The translations under genes and the position numbers were made by a program. Shown here in pieces: positions 43,279-51,979 of a DNA stretch of 54,198 nucleotides. Location: positions 1 through 54,198 of the forward strand of contig JBECKV010000147.1 in NCBI GenBank assembly GCA_040235495.1. Reading direction: 5' to 3'. The notes beneath the pieces were generated by a model that worked only from the letters and a program-made list of their open reading frames with translations, made no database searches and was not told the DNA's origin. Each line of letters opens with the position of its first letter. Positions within the stretch are counted from its first letter, which is position 1. Source of the stretch: Porticoccaceae bacterium. GTDB lineage: Bacteria > Pseudomonadota > Gammaproteobacteria > Pseudomonadales > Porticoccaceae.

Positions 43279-44124
43279 GTGCGGAAATTCGATCCCGGTT
43301 TACTGTTGTTACTGACGCTGGCGTCTCTACTGGCGCTAGCCGACGATAGCGAGACCCAGGCGCTGCAACTGACCGGAGAGTGGCTGCCGGGCGCCATGCT
43401 GATCGGCAGGACGGTCCCCGGCACGCGCGTTTATTTCGAGTCCCGGGAGCTCAAGGTAGACGCGGCGGGGCGTTTCGTGGTGGGGCTGGATCGCGATGCC
43501 GGCGGCAGTGTCAGTCTGACCCTGGAAAACGGTAACGACAAGCGTACTCATCACTATACCGTTGCTAAACGGGAATACGATATTCAGCGTATCGAGGGCG
43601 TGCCGCAGGAGACTGTCACCCCACCCAAAGAGGTGCTGGCGCGCATTGAAAAGGAAACCGCCATGGTCAATCGGGCTCGGGCTACCAGCGCCGACCGCGG
43701 GGATTTTTATCGTGGCTTCATCAAACCCCTCGAAGGGATTATCACCGGAGTTTACGGCAGCCAGCGAGTTTATAATGGCGTGCCCAAGCGCCCCCACTTC
43801 GGCCTGGACATCGCGGGTCCGGTCGGGGCGCCTGTTCGGGCTCCGGCGGCCGGCGTGGTGAAACTGGCCCACCCGGACATGTATTTTTCCGGCGGCACCC
43901 TGATCATCGATCATGGCTATGGCATCTCAACAACGTTCATTCACCTCAGTGAGGTACTGGTGGAGGAGGGAGCGGTGGTGGAGCAGGGTCAGGAAGTGGC
44001 CTTGGTTGGCGCTAGCGGCCGGGCCACGGGCCCGCATCTGGATTGGCGCATGAACTGGTACCATGTGCGCCTCGACCCCGCGCTGGTACTGAAACATTTT
44101 CCCTTGCTCCACGCCGCGCCGTAA
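43279..44124 (+). CDS. M23-family peptidase, secreted
   Basis: GTG at 43279 after AGGAAA. Signal peptide 'LLLLLTLASLLALA'. 'HFGLDIAGPVGAPVRAPAAGVV' (HxxxD). 'GRATGPHLDWRMNW' replaces the canonical HLH. Confidence 0.85.
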   Translation: MRKFDPGLLLLLTLASLLALADDSETQALQLTGEWLPGAMLIGRTVPGTRVYFESRELKVDAAGRFVVGLDRDAGGSVSLTLENGNDKRTHHYTVAKREYDIQRIEGVPQETVTPPKEVLARIEKETAMVNRARATSADRGDFYRGFIKPLEGIITGVYGSQRVYNGVPKRPHFGLDIAGPVGAPVRAPAAGVVKLAHPDMYFSGGTLIIDHGYGISTTFIHLSEVLVEEGAVVEQGQEVALVGASGRATGPHLDWRMNWYHVRLDPALVLKHFPLLHAAP

Positions 44125-44258
44125 CTGCCCGATAATTCGGCGGACACTGCCGGCGCTTGGGTTGTGAATACGCCGATCGTAGAGTTTGGGCCGGGATTCC
44201 ACTAAAATTCTGATCTTTGGCAACCGTGGCATTGCTTGCCTCTATGCTTGAAACCTCT

Positions 44259-44471
44259 ATGCTTGATAAAAGACTACTCAGTATTTTGGTGTGTCCCGTC
44301 AGCAAGGCTTCCCTCGAATACGACCGGGAGCGGCAGGAGCTGGTGTGCCGGGCCAGTGGCCTGGCCTATCCCATACGTGACGGTGTTCCCGTGATGCTGG
44401 AGAGTGAGGCGCGGGTGCTGAGCGTCGATGAAAAACTGGATAAACCCCGGCGTGGTTCCAGCCCTGCCTGA
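44259..44471 (+). CDS. Trm112/YcaR-family small protein (UPF0434)
   Basis: '[52 protein letters not shown]' is collinear with E. coli YcaR as I recall it. An in-frame ATG at 44244 arises from a 15-bp duplication. Confidence 0.8.
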   Translation: MLDKRLLSILVCPVSKASLEYDRERQELVCRASGLAYPIRDGVPVMLESEARVLSVDEKLDKPRRGSSPA

Positions 44472-44568
44472 GCCAGTGTCCGTTGCCCGATAGCACTGTT
44501 TTATACCTGGTAGAGCGTGTGAAGCTCCCCATCAAAACTGCTTCGCAATTCGCAAGAGGAAGCCGGCG

Positions 44569-44916
44569 ATGACTGAAACCCTGTTTGCCAAAATTATCAA
44601 CCGAGAATTGCCCGCCGATATCGTCTACGAGGACGAACACTGCATTGCCATAAAGGATATCGCGCCCAAGGCCCCGGTGCATTTACTGGTGATTCCCAGA
44701 AAGCCGATTCCGCGTCTTGTGGATGCCAGTGACGAAGACAAGGCACTGCTCGGACATGTCATGCTGGCCGCTGGGGAAATCGCCCGTCAGGCCGGGGTGG
44801 ATGAGGCTTTTCGTTTGATCATAAACAATGGTGCGGGAGCCGGACAGACTGTTTTTCATTTGCATTTGCATATCCTCGGCGGTAAAAACTTTAGCGAGTC
44901 CTCGCTCGGCTTTTGA
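44569..44916 (+). CDS. HIT-family (HinT-like) nucleotide hydrolase
   Basis: Histidine triad 'HLHLHILGG' and N-terminus 'LFAKIINRELPADIVYEDE'. Confidence 0.92.
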   Translation: MTETLFAKIINRELPADIVYEDEHCIAIKDIAPKAPVHLLVIPRKPIPRLVDASDEDKALLGHVMLAAGEIARQAGVDEAFRLIINNGAGAGQTVFHLHLHILGGKNFSESSLGF

Positions 44917-45039
44917 TGGACCCGCCAGCCGTGGCCGTGTTTCATTAGCGGTCATTCGGCAATCGACACTCTCCATCGACGTTAATTCCGCCGACGATAA
45001 ATCCAGGCAAGAGACTAACCCCCAGGGGCGAGGCAATTC

Positions 45040-47664
45040 ATGTCAGCAATCAGGTCCACCGCAGCAATTCGTCAGGCTTTTCTGGACTATTTCGAGCGCA
45101 ATGGCCATGCGCTCGTGGCCGGCAGCAGCCTGGTGCCCGCTAATGATCCGACCCTGCTGTTTACCAATGCCGGCATGGTGCAGTTCAAGGACGTTTTCCT
45201 GGGTGCCGAGGAGCGGGATTACCGGCGGGCCACCAGCTCCCAGCGCTGCGTGCGCGCTGGTGGCAAGCACAACGACCTCGAAAATGTCGGTTTTACCGCC
45301 CGCCATCACACCTTTTTTGAAATGCTGGGCAACTTCAGCTTTGGCGATTATTTCAAGCGCGAAGCCATTGGCTACGCCTGGGAGTTTCTCACCCAGGTGC
45401 TGGGATTACCCAAGGAGCGCCTCTGGGTAACGGTGCATGTATCCGATGACGAGGCGGCGGAAATCTGGATCAAGGAGATCGGTATCGACCCGCAACGGCT
45501 GTCGCGCCTGGACGAGGATAACTTCTGGCAGATGGGCGACACCGGTCCCTGCGGTCCCTGTTCGGAGATTTTTTATGACCACGGAGAGGACGTCCCCGGC
45601 GGCCCTCCCGGTAGCGAGGATGATGACCTCGACCGCTATATCGAGATCTGGAATCTGGTGTTCATGCAGTACGAGCGCGGCGCCGATGGCGCCATGAAAC
45701 CACTGCCCAAACCCTCCATCGATACCGGCATGGGGCTGGAGCGCATTGCCGCGGTGATGCAGGGCGTGCACAGCAATTATGAAATCGATATTTTTGATGC
45801 GCTGATTACGGCGGCGGCCAGGCTGACCGGCACGTCGGATCTGGATAATCAATCCCTGCGCGTACTTGCCGACCATATCCGTTCCTGCGCTTTTTTGATT
45901 GTCGATGGCGTGCTGCCCTCCAACGAGGGGCGTGGCTATGTGCTGCGTCGAATCATTCGCCGGGCCCTGCGCCATGGTCACAAGCTCGGTGTCAGCGAGC
46001 CCTTCTTCCACCGACTGGTGGCGCCCCTGGTAGCACAAATGGGTGAGGCCTACCCCGAGTTGACCCGTGGGCGAGAGCGGGTGGAGAAAGCCCTGCGCGA
46101 AGAGGAACTACAGTTTGCCAAAACCCTGGATCGCGGCCTGGCTGTGCTTGAGGAAGCATTGGCCGGACTGAAAGAGACAGTGATTCCCGGTGAGCTGATT
46201 TTTCGCTTGTACGATACCTATGGCTTCCCGGTTGATCTGACCAACGACATTGCCAGGGAGCGTAACTACAGCCTTGATCTTGAGGGCTACGAACGGTGTA
46301 TGGACGCCCAGCGTCAGCGCGCCAGGGCGGCCGGCCATTTTGAGGTGGACTACACCAACAAGCTCGAGGTTGAAGGAGAGACCGCGTTTATTGGTTATGA
46401 CATGCTCGAAGGAGAAGCCCGCGTCCTGGCCCTGTTTCGGGATGGCGAGCCGGTGACCTCGGTCCAAACCGGAGACGAGGCCGTCGTCGTACTCGACTCC
46501 ACGCCCTGTTATGGCGAGTCTGGTGGTCAGGTCGGCGATCGCGGTCTGTTGCTGGCCGAAGGTCTGCGCTTTGACATCACGGACTGCAAAAAGCAGGGCG
46601 CTAATCATCTTCATATCGGCCACGTTCATAGCGGTGATTTGAAAGTCGGCGCCAGTGTCCGCGTGGCTGTCGATGCCCAGACCCGCGCGGCAACGGCGCG
46701 AAACCACTCCGCCACCCACCTTCTCCACGCGGCCTTGCGTCAGCGCTTGGGCGATCACGTGAATCAGCAGGGCTCGCTGGTGGATGCGCAGAGACTGCGT
46801 TTCGATTTCAGCCATGGTCAGGCGCTGACCCCCCAGGAACTGGCCGATATCGAGGCGCTTGTGAACACCGAGATCTGGCGCAACACGCCGGTCCAGTCTG
46901 AAGAGATGTCCATGGAAGCCGCCCAAGAGCGGGGCGCCATGGCCCTGTTCGGAGAGAAATACGGTGATACCGTCCGCGTGCTGACCATGGGTAATCAATT
47001 TTCCGTGGAGCTATGCGGCGGCACCCACGTGCGTCTAACGGGTGATATTGGCCTGATAAAAATCGCTTCCGAGTCAGGCATTGCCGCTGGCATTCGGCGC
47101 GTGGAGGCCTTGACTGGTGCGGCGGCACTGGCTTACTACCGCGAACTGGAAAGTCGGTTCGACCGCGTGACAGCTATTCTGAAAACCCGGCGCGAGGGCG
47201 CCGAGGAAAAAGCCATACAGCTGGTGGAGGAAAACAAGCAGCTACACAAGCAACTGACAGCCTTGAAGGTGAAGCTTGCCAGCAGTTCCAGCGGCGATAT
47301 TCTCGATGGTGTGAAGACTATCGGCGAAGTGTCCGTGTTGGCCACCGTCATCGAGGGCGCGGATGCCAAAACCCTGCGCGACATGGCCGACCGGATTAAA
47401 TCCCGCATCGGTAGTGGTGTGGTCATGCTGGCAACGATTGACGACAACAAGGTGGCCCTGATCGCTGGCGTCACCCAGGATCTCACTGCCCGCATCAAGG
47501 CTGGTGACCTGATGAAGTTCGTCGCCCGGCAGGTGGGCGGCAAGGGCGGCGGCCGGCCGGATATGGCCCAGGGCGGCGGTACCGAGGTCGTGGCGCTACC
47601 CGCCGCGATCGACTCCGTATTCGCCTGGGTGGAAAAAAATCTTGGCCCCACCGGGGCTCCGTAG
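45040..47664 (+). CDS. alaS: Alanine--tRNA ligase
   Basis: 874 aa. '[11 protein letters not shown]', '[13 protein letters not shown]', the editing-domain 'HSATHLLH' and 'CGGTHV' motifs. Confidence 0.98.
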   Translation: MSAIRSTAAIRQAFLDYFERNGHALVAGSSLVPANDPTLLFTNAGMVQFKDVFLGAEERDYRRATSSQRCVRAGGKHNDLENVGFTARHHTFFEMLGNFSFGDYFKREAIGYAWEFLTQVLGLPKERLWVTVHVSDDEAAEIWIKEIGIDPQRLSRLDEDNFWQMGDTGPCGPCSEIFYDHGEDVPGGPPGSEDDDLDRYIEIWNLVFMQYERGADGAMKPLPKPSIDTGMGLERIAAVMQGVHSNYEIDIFDALITAAARLTGTSDLDNQSLRVLADHIRSCAFLIVDGVLPSNEGRGYVLRRIIRRALRHGHKLGVSEPFFHRLVAPLVAQMGEAYPELTRGRERVEKALREEELQFAKTLDRGLAVLEEALAGLKETVIPGELIFRLYDTYGFPVDLTNDIARERNYSLDLEGYERCMDAQRQRARAAGHFEVDYTNKLEVEGETAFIGYDMLEGEARVLALFRDGEPVTSVQTGDEAVVVLDSTPCYGESGGQVGDRGLLLAEGLRFDITDCKKQGANHLHIGHVHSGDLKVGASVRVAVDAQTRAATARNHSATHLLHAALRQRLGDHVNQQGSLVDAQRLRFDFSHGQALTPQELADIEALVNTEIWRNTPVQSEEMSMEAAQERGAMALFGEKYGDTVRVLTMGNQFSVELCGGTHVRLTGDIGLIKIASESGIAAGIRRVEALTGAAALAYYRELESRFDRVTAILKTRREGAEEKAIQLVEENKQLHKQLTALKVKLASSSSGDILDGVKTIGEVSVLATVIEGADAKTLRDMADRIKSRIGSGVVMLATIDDNKVALIAGVTQDLTARIKAGDLMKFVARQVGGKGGGRPDMAQGGGTEVVALPAAIDSVFAWVEKNLGPTGAP

Positions 47665-47838
47665 CAGTTTAGTTTTGCACTGAAATAGTGTAGATTCGCC
47701 GCCCACTTTTAACCGCTGTTCGGCGCTCCGACAACGCCGCGACGCAATTTCGGGCAGCTTCCCCTGTCCGGAATGATAAAGCGCTGTGGTGTGGGGTCGG
47801 CCATATGGCGAAAATGATTCACTGGAATTGAGTTCACG

Positions 47839-49074
47839 ATGGCTTTAATTGTCCAGAAATATGGCGGCACCTCGGTCGGTTCCATTGAGCGGATCGAGGC
47901 CGTCGCTGAGCGGGTGGCGCGTTTTCGCGCCGGTGGAGATGACGTCGTGGTGGTGGTCTCGGCCATGAGCGGCGAGACCAACCGGCTGATTAGCCTGGCT
48001 CAGGAAATCAGCGAGACGCCATGTCTGCGGGAGATGGACGTGCTGGTGTCAACCGGCGAGCAGGTAACCATCGCGCTGCTGTCGATCGCCCTGGACAAAA
48101 TAGCCTGTCCGGCGCGCTCCTATACTGGCGCCCAGGTTCGAATTCTTACTGATTCGGCCCATGGTAAGGCGCGTATCGAGCATATCGATACTGAGCGGAT
48201 GAAGGCCGATCTCGACCAGGGACTGGTACTGGTGGTGGCCGGATTTCAGGGGGTCGATGAAGCGGACAACATAACCACGCTGGGACGCGGCGGCTCCGAT
48301 ACCACCGCAGTGGCGCTGGCGGCGGCACTAAAAGCCGATGAATGCCAGATCTATACCGATGTCGACGGTGTGTACACCACGGATCCCCGTGTCGTCGAAA
48401 GCGCGCGGCGGCTGGAGCGAATCACCTTCGAGGAAATGCTGGAAATGGCCAGCCTGGGCTCGAAGGTGTTACAGATACGTTCGGTTGAGTTCGCGGGCAA
48501 ATACAAGGTTCCACTCAGGGTTCTGTCCAGCTTTGAAGAAGGCTCGGGAACGCTGATAACTCTGGAGGCAGAAGAGCAGATGGAAAAACCCGTGGTATCC
48601 GGTATCGCCTTTAACCGCGATGAAGCCAAGCTGACTATTCAGGGCATTCCCGATAAGCCGGGCGTCGCTTACAGCATCCTCGGTCCTATTGGTGATGCCA
48701 ACATCGAAGTCGATGTCATCGTCCAGAACGTCGCCGAAGATGGTTCCACCGCGCTGACCTTCACCGTCCACCGCAATGACATGCTCCGCGCCCGGCAATT
48801 GCTGGAGCGGATTGCGGACGATCTTGGCGCTCGTTCCGTGTTGGCGGCGGCGGACATCGTCAAGGTATCCCTGGTGGGTGTGGGCATGCGTTCCCATGCT
48901 GGCGTGGCCTCAAAAATGTTTGCCACCCTGGCCCAGCACAACATTAATATTCAGATGATCACCACCTCGGAAATAAAAGTCAGCGTGGTGATTGAAGAGA
49001 AATACCTGGAGCTTGCGGTAAGGGCATTGCATGAGGCTTTCGGGTTGGCGGGTACGCCAGAGACCAGCGCCTAG
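47839..49074 (+). CDS. lysC: Aspartate kinase
   Basis: 'ALIVQKYGGTSVGS', 'VVVVSAMSGETNRL' and two C-terminal ACT domains. Confidence 0.95.
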   Translation: MALIVQKYGGTSVGSIERIEAVAERVARFRAGGDDVVVVVSAMSGETNRLISLAQEISETPCLREMDVLVSTGEQVTIALLSIALDKIACPARSYTGAQVRILTDSAHGKARIEHIDTERMKADLDQGLVLVVAGFQGVDEADNITTLGRGGSDTTAVALAAALKADECQIYTDVDGVYTTDPRVVESARRLERITFEEMLEMASLGSKVLQIRSVEFAGKYKVPLRVLSSFEEGSGTLITLEAEEQMEKPVVSGIAFNRDEAKLTIQGIPDKPGVAYSILGPIGDANIEVDVIVQNVAEDGSTALTFTVHRNDMLRARQLLERIADDLGARSVLAAADIVKVSLVGVGMRSHAGVASKMFATLAQHNINIQMITTSEIKVSVVIEEKYLELAVRALHEAFGLAGTPETSA

Positions 49075-49268
49075 GGATTTGATACTGGCTTGAATACCGA
49101 ATATATAGCTAAAAAGAATAACCTTAATTCTTTTGTGCTTGTTCCCCAATTGAAAACCGGTATCATATAGAGCTGAGCCTGATAGGATAAGGTTTGGCAA
49201 AAAAATAATAAAAACTTCACCCAGGAATGTCGCGCGAGCGGCAATTTTTATTTAAGGAGAGGACGACA

Positions 49269-49457
49269 ATGTTGATATTGACGAGACGTGTGGGAGAGAC
49301 GCTCATAATCGGTGACGATGTCACGGTCACCGTGTTGGGTGTTAAAGGCAATCAAGTTCGCCTTGGAGTCAATGCCCCCCGAAATGTATCGGTGCACCGC
49401 GAAGAAATATACCAGCGGATACAAAACGAAAAACAACATAACGAGGGGGCGCGCTAG
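49269..49457 (+). CDS. csrA: Carbon storage regulator CsrA/RsmA
   Basis: '[51 protein letters not shown]'. AAGGAGAGGA SD. The ORF-track start at 49227 is an extension. Confidence 0.95.
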   Translation: MLILTRRVGETLIIGDDVTVTVLGVKGNQVRLGVNAPRNVSVHREEIYQRIQNEKQHNEGAR

Positions 49458-49472
49458 CCCCTTTGTTTTTTT
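49444..49472 (+). terminator. Rho-independent terminator of csrA
   Basis: GGGGC-gcgcta-GCCCC stem overlapping the TAG stop, followed by TTTGTTTTTTT. Confidence 0.75.
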
Positions 49473-49572
49473 GACCCCTGTGCTATCATCCCGCCTCGCT
49501 CGCGGCCCGGCACTAAACCCGATTTTTACCGCGTCGTACCGATACTAAATGCCCTTCGGGCGAACACATCCC

Positions 49573-49660
49573 GGTGAGGTGGCCGAGTGGTCGAAGGCGC
49601 TCCCCTGCTAAGGGAGTATACGGAAACGTATCGAGGGTTCGAATCCCTCCCTCACCGCCA
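49573..49660 (+). tRNA. tRNA-Ser (anticodon GCU)
   Basis: 88 nt. Acceptor GGTGAGG/CCTCACC, anticodon loop CT-GCT-AA, long variable arm, T-loop GGTTCGAATCC, encoded CCA. Near-identical in its arms to E. coli tRNA-Ser(GCU) as I recall it. Confidence 0.95.
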
Positions 49661-49806
49661 GAGTCCGATAAAGTCGCCATTGCCACCCATTCGCCGCTAA
49701 TCAGGCAAGTATCGGTGACCTTGACGGGAGGGTGAGAACCCTCGCGGTTCGACAAAATACGACCGAGCACTTTGGACGAGGAGCGTTAGCGACGAAGTCC
49801 GCAGGG

Positions 49807-49832
49807 CGCTTACAGCCCTTAGGCTGTAAGCG
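49807..49832. repeat. Perfect 11-bp-stem hairpin (CGCTTACAGCC-ctta-GGCTGTAAGCG)
   Basis: Read directly from the sequence. No flanking T-run on either strand, so it is not a classic intrinsic terminator. Confidence 0.7.
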
Positions 49833-50028
49833 TCAATCCCTTCCCTTTCCGCTGTAGTGTGATCATTCTCCTTCTTTTGTGGTCCAAATTCACTAAGTCC
49901 TCCGGTTTACCCAGGATATAAATCTGATTCGCGGTGGTTTGACGGCGACAACACGCCAAGGATTCCGCAAGGAGTGAAAGAATCACATTGTGTGGTGTGG
50001 GGTAGGTATCAAGAAAGTGCGAAACCAC
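49819..50028 (-). CDS. Hypothetical protein (69 aa), doubtful
   Basis: The only support is an ORF in the lower-G+C patch. No recognisable motif and no clear SD. Confidence 0.2.
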   Translation of the reverse strand: MVSHFLDTYPTPHNVILSLLAESLACCRRQTTANQIYILGKPEDLVNLDHKRRRMITLQRKGKGLTLTA

Positions 50029-50069
50029 AGGCTGTTCATATGCAGCGTTGTGTTAAAAATGGATATTAA

Positions 50070-50522
50070 ATGAAGCAAGATATTAGTCATATCATACGTT
50101 TTATCATCGCAAAGCTATTTACATTTATTTTCCTGGGGATGGCTTTGGCAATGGTGTTATCGCTTGGAAGGTCTATTTTTTTAGGTGTAGTAGCAGGCGA
50201 GGACGTAATGCAAATATTTCTCAGGGGAATTAACATCGGCATTATCGCTTTGGCTGTTTTTGAACTTGCCTTGGTAATAAACAGGGAGTATTCAGGGATA
50301 GAAGAGCGTGAAGGTGCGATCGAAAACCTGAGAAGAACGATTCCAAGGTTCATTGGCACGGTTTGTATCGCCTTAGCTCTGGAAGGACTTATTATGGTCA
50401 TCAAATATAGCCAGTTAGAGCTTGCCGGCAACCTGTACTATCCCGTTGCAATTATTTCAAGCACGGCGCTGCTATTAGCTTCTCTTGGAATTTTTATTTG
50501 CTTGACACGCAAGGGTAATTGA
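50070..50522 (+). CDS. Small 4-TM membrane protein (possibly PsiE-like)
   Basis: 150 aa with four hydrophobic helices. The 'AVFELALVINREY' segment loosely resembles the PsiE 'FEFIALIVKYF' region as I recall it. Visibly low G+C. The family call is tentative. Confidence 0.55.
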   Translation: MKQDISHIIRFIIAKLFTFIFLGMALAMVLSLGRSIFLGVVAGEDVMQIFLRGINIGIIALAVFELALVINREYSGIEEREGAIENLRRTIPRFIGTVCIALALEGLIMVIKYSQLELAGNLYYPVAIISSTALLLASLGIFICLTRKGN

Positions 50523-50674
50523 ACGTATCCGAACACTACCGAACGCCGCTACCCCGGCGCCTCAGATGTGAAACGTTGAACCGTGACTTAAGCCTCTCGA
50601 CGAAGTCAAAGAAACCAAATTCCGCAGCCCTTCTGCATGTCGTTGAAAAATTTGCCGCCAATTATAACTAGTTT

Positions 50675-51979
50675 CTAAAGCATGCCTGCGGCGTGTTTAA
50701 GTTCCAGGTTGGCCATGACGGCTTCATGGATCGCCGAGTTGTGATCGTGGTGAGCCTGGAGGCGGAGATTTTCCGCTTCGAGTACTTCGGTATTCGTGAT
50801 CAGGCCGGCCTGATAGCGGTTGTTGCTGACGCGCAGGTTTTCTTCAGCCTGTTCGATGTTAAGCGCGGTCATGTCCTGGCTTTTTTTGGCTGTTTCCAGG
50901 GCCAGCCAGGCTTGTTTGACCTGCATGACGACAAGGTCCCTTAGCTCCGCCTGTTGCGCGCTAAGCGCCGCGGCCTGGCGTTGAATTTGATCGCCGCGCT
51001 GACGGCTAGCGCCGCCGTCAAATACCTGCCAGAGCATGGTGAGGTGGGTCGCCAGCATATCGTTGTCGTCCATGATCCGGTTATCGTGATGCAGGTAGGT
51101 GCCGCTCAGCCCAAGCTGTGGTTTGCTGGTCGCCTTGGCTACCTCGGCATTTTCCTCCAGCACTTTTACGCGATGTCGCAGGGCCTTCAGATCGGCGCGG
51201 CGGTTTAAGGCATCGTCATTTAACTGTCCCAGGTTTAATGTTACGGGTTGCAAATCCAGTGGCGCGAGCTGAACTGCCGCGTCTAGCGGACGGTTGAGCA
51301 GGCGGTTGTAATTCACCGCCGCCAGTTGCACTTGATGTTCGGCTTTAAGCAATGCCTGGTTTGCTCCAGCGAGCGCAACCCTGGCCATCAGCAGTTGGTT
51401 GTTGGCCACCAGACCCTGTTTCAGGAGGTTGTCGACATCAGTCTGGTGCGCGCTCAGGCTTTTGACGTGGCTTTGCGCCAGTTTCAATCCGCTCTGGCTT
51501 TTGAGTACCGTGATATAGGCCCTTGCGACGTCGAGTTTAACGTTACTGATGGTGTGGGAGGTGTTGGCGGAACTGGCGGATTCCTGAGCCCGTGCGGCGT
51601 TGATATCGGCGGTGATACGCCCGCCGGTGTAGAGCGGCAGGGTGGTCGAAGCGCCGTAATAGGTGGATTCCTGGTCCCAATAGGTAACGGTCAGCGGATT
51701 GCCGGAAAAAGTAGTGGTAATGGTTGGCGAGCTATCGAGCCTGAGATGTTCCGCGGCCAGAGCGAAGTTCGGGATGCGTTGTGCGCGGGCGCTTTTCACC
51801 TGAGCTTCGGCGGCCTTTTGTTCCTGCCGGGCGGCCTCGATTTTGAAGTTACTGGAAAGCGCCTGCTCCCAGGCTTGCTCCAGGGTCTCAGCTTCAACGG
51901 CGGATGCGTTTGACGCCACGGCGACCAAGCAGAGGCTAGTGGCAATCAATGCACGGGAGAGATGAAAAGTCTTGGTCAT
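50675..51979 (-). CDS. TolC-family outer membrane efflux protein
   Basis: Signal peptide 'LCLVAVASNASA'. Two-repeat coiled-coil/beta-barrel OEP architecture ('LEQAWEQALSSNFKIEAARQ...', 'LRVSNNRYQAGLITNTEVLEAE'). Its start overlaps the RND gene stop (ATGA). Confidence 0.9.
   Translation of the reverse strand: MTKTFHLSRALIATSLCLVAVASNASAVEAETLEQAWEQALSSNFKIEAARQEQKAAEAQVKSARAQRIPNFALAAEHLRLDSSPTITTTFSGNPLTVTYWDQESTYYGASTTLPLYTGGRITADINAARAQESASSANTSHTISNVKLDVARAYITVLKSQSGLKLAQSHVKSLSAHQTDVDNLLKQGLVANNQLLMARVALAGANQALLKAEHQVQLAAVNYNRLLNRPLDAAVQLAPLDLQPVTLNLGQLNDDALNRRADLKALRHRVKVLEENAEVAKATSKPQLGLSGTYLHHDNRIMDDNDMLATHLTMLWQVFDGGASRQRGDQIQRQAAALSAQQAELRDLVVMQVKQAWLALETAKKSQDMTALNIEQAEENLRVSNNRYQAGLITNTEVLEAENLRLQAHHDHNSAIHEAVMANLELKHAAGML

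Noticed and set aside
47665-47838. Possible lysine riboswitch (L-box) upstream of lysC, as in E. coli.
   Set aside because: The spacer is only 174 nt, and I could not recognise the conserved L-box helices or core motifs by eye. The alaS-lysC-csrA arrangement in pseudomonad-type genomes is not known to me to carry one. An Infernal scan would settle it.
49724-49751. tRNA-like fragment (GGGAGGGTGAGAACCCTCGCGGTTCGAC) downstream of tRNA-Ser. It could be a second tRNA or an att-site duplicate of the tRNA 3' end.
   Set aside because: Only short pieces (GAACCCTCG, GGTTCGA) resemble the tRNA T-arm. No cloverleaf can be drawn and there is no extended direct repeat of the tRNA 3' end. It most likely forms only a small GAGGGT/ACCCTC hairpin.
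49661-50674. Integrase or toxin-antitoxin pair expected next to the tRNA gene.
   Set aside because: No ORF in any frame shows integrase or TA hallmarks. The 69-aa ORF (49819-50028) has no motif or SD, and the 150-aa protein is a plain membrane protein.
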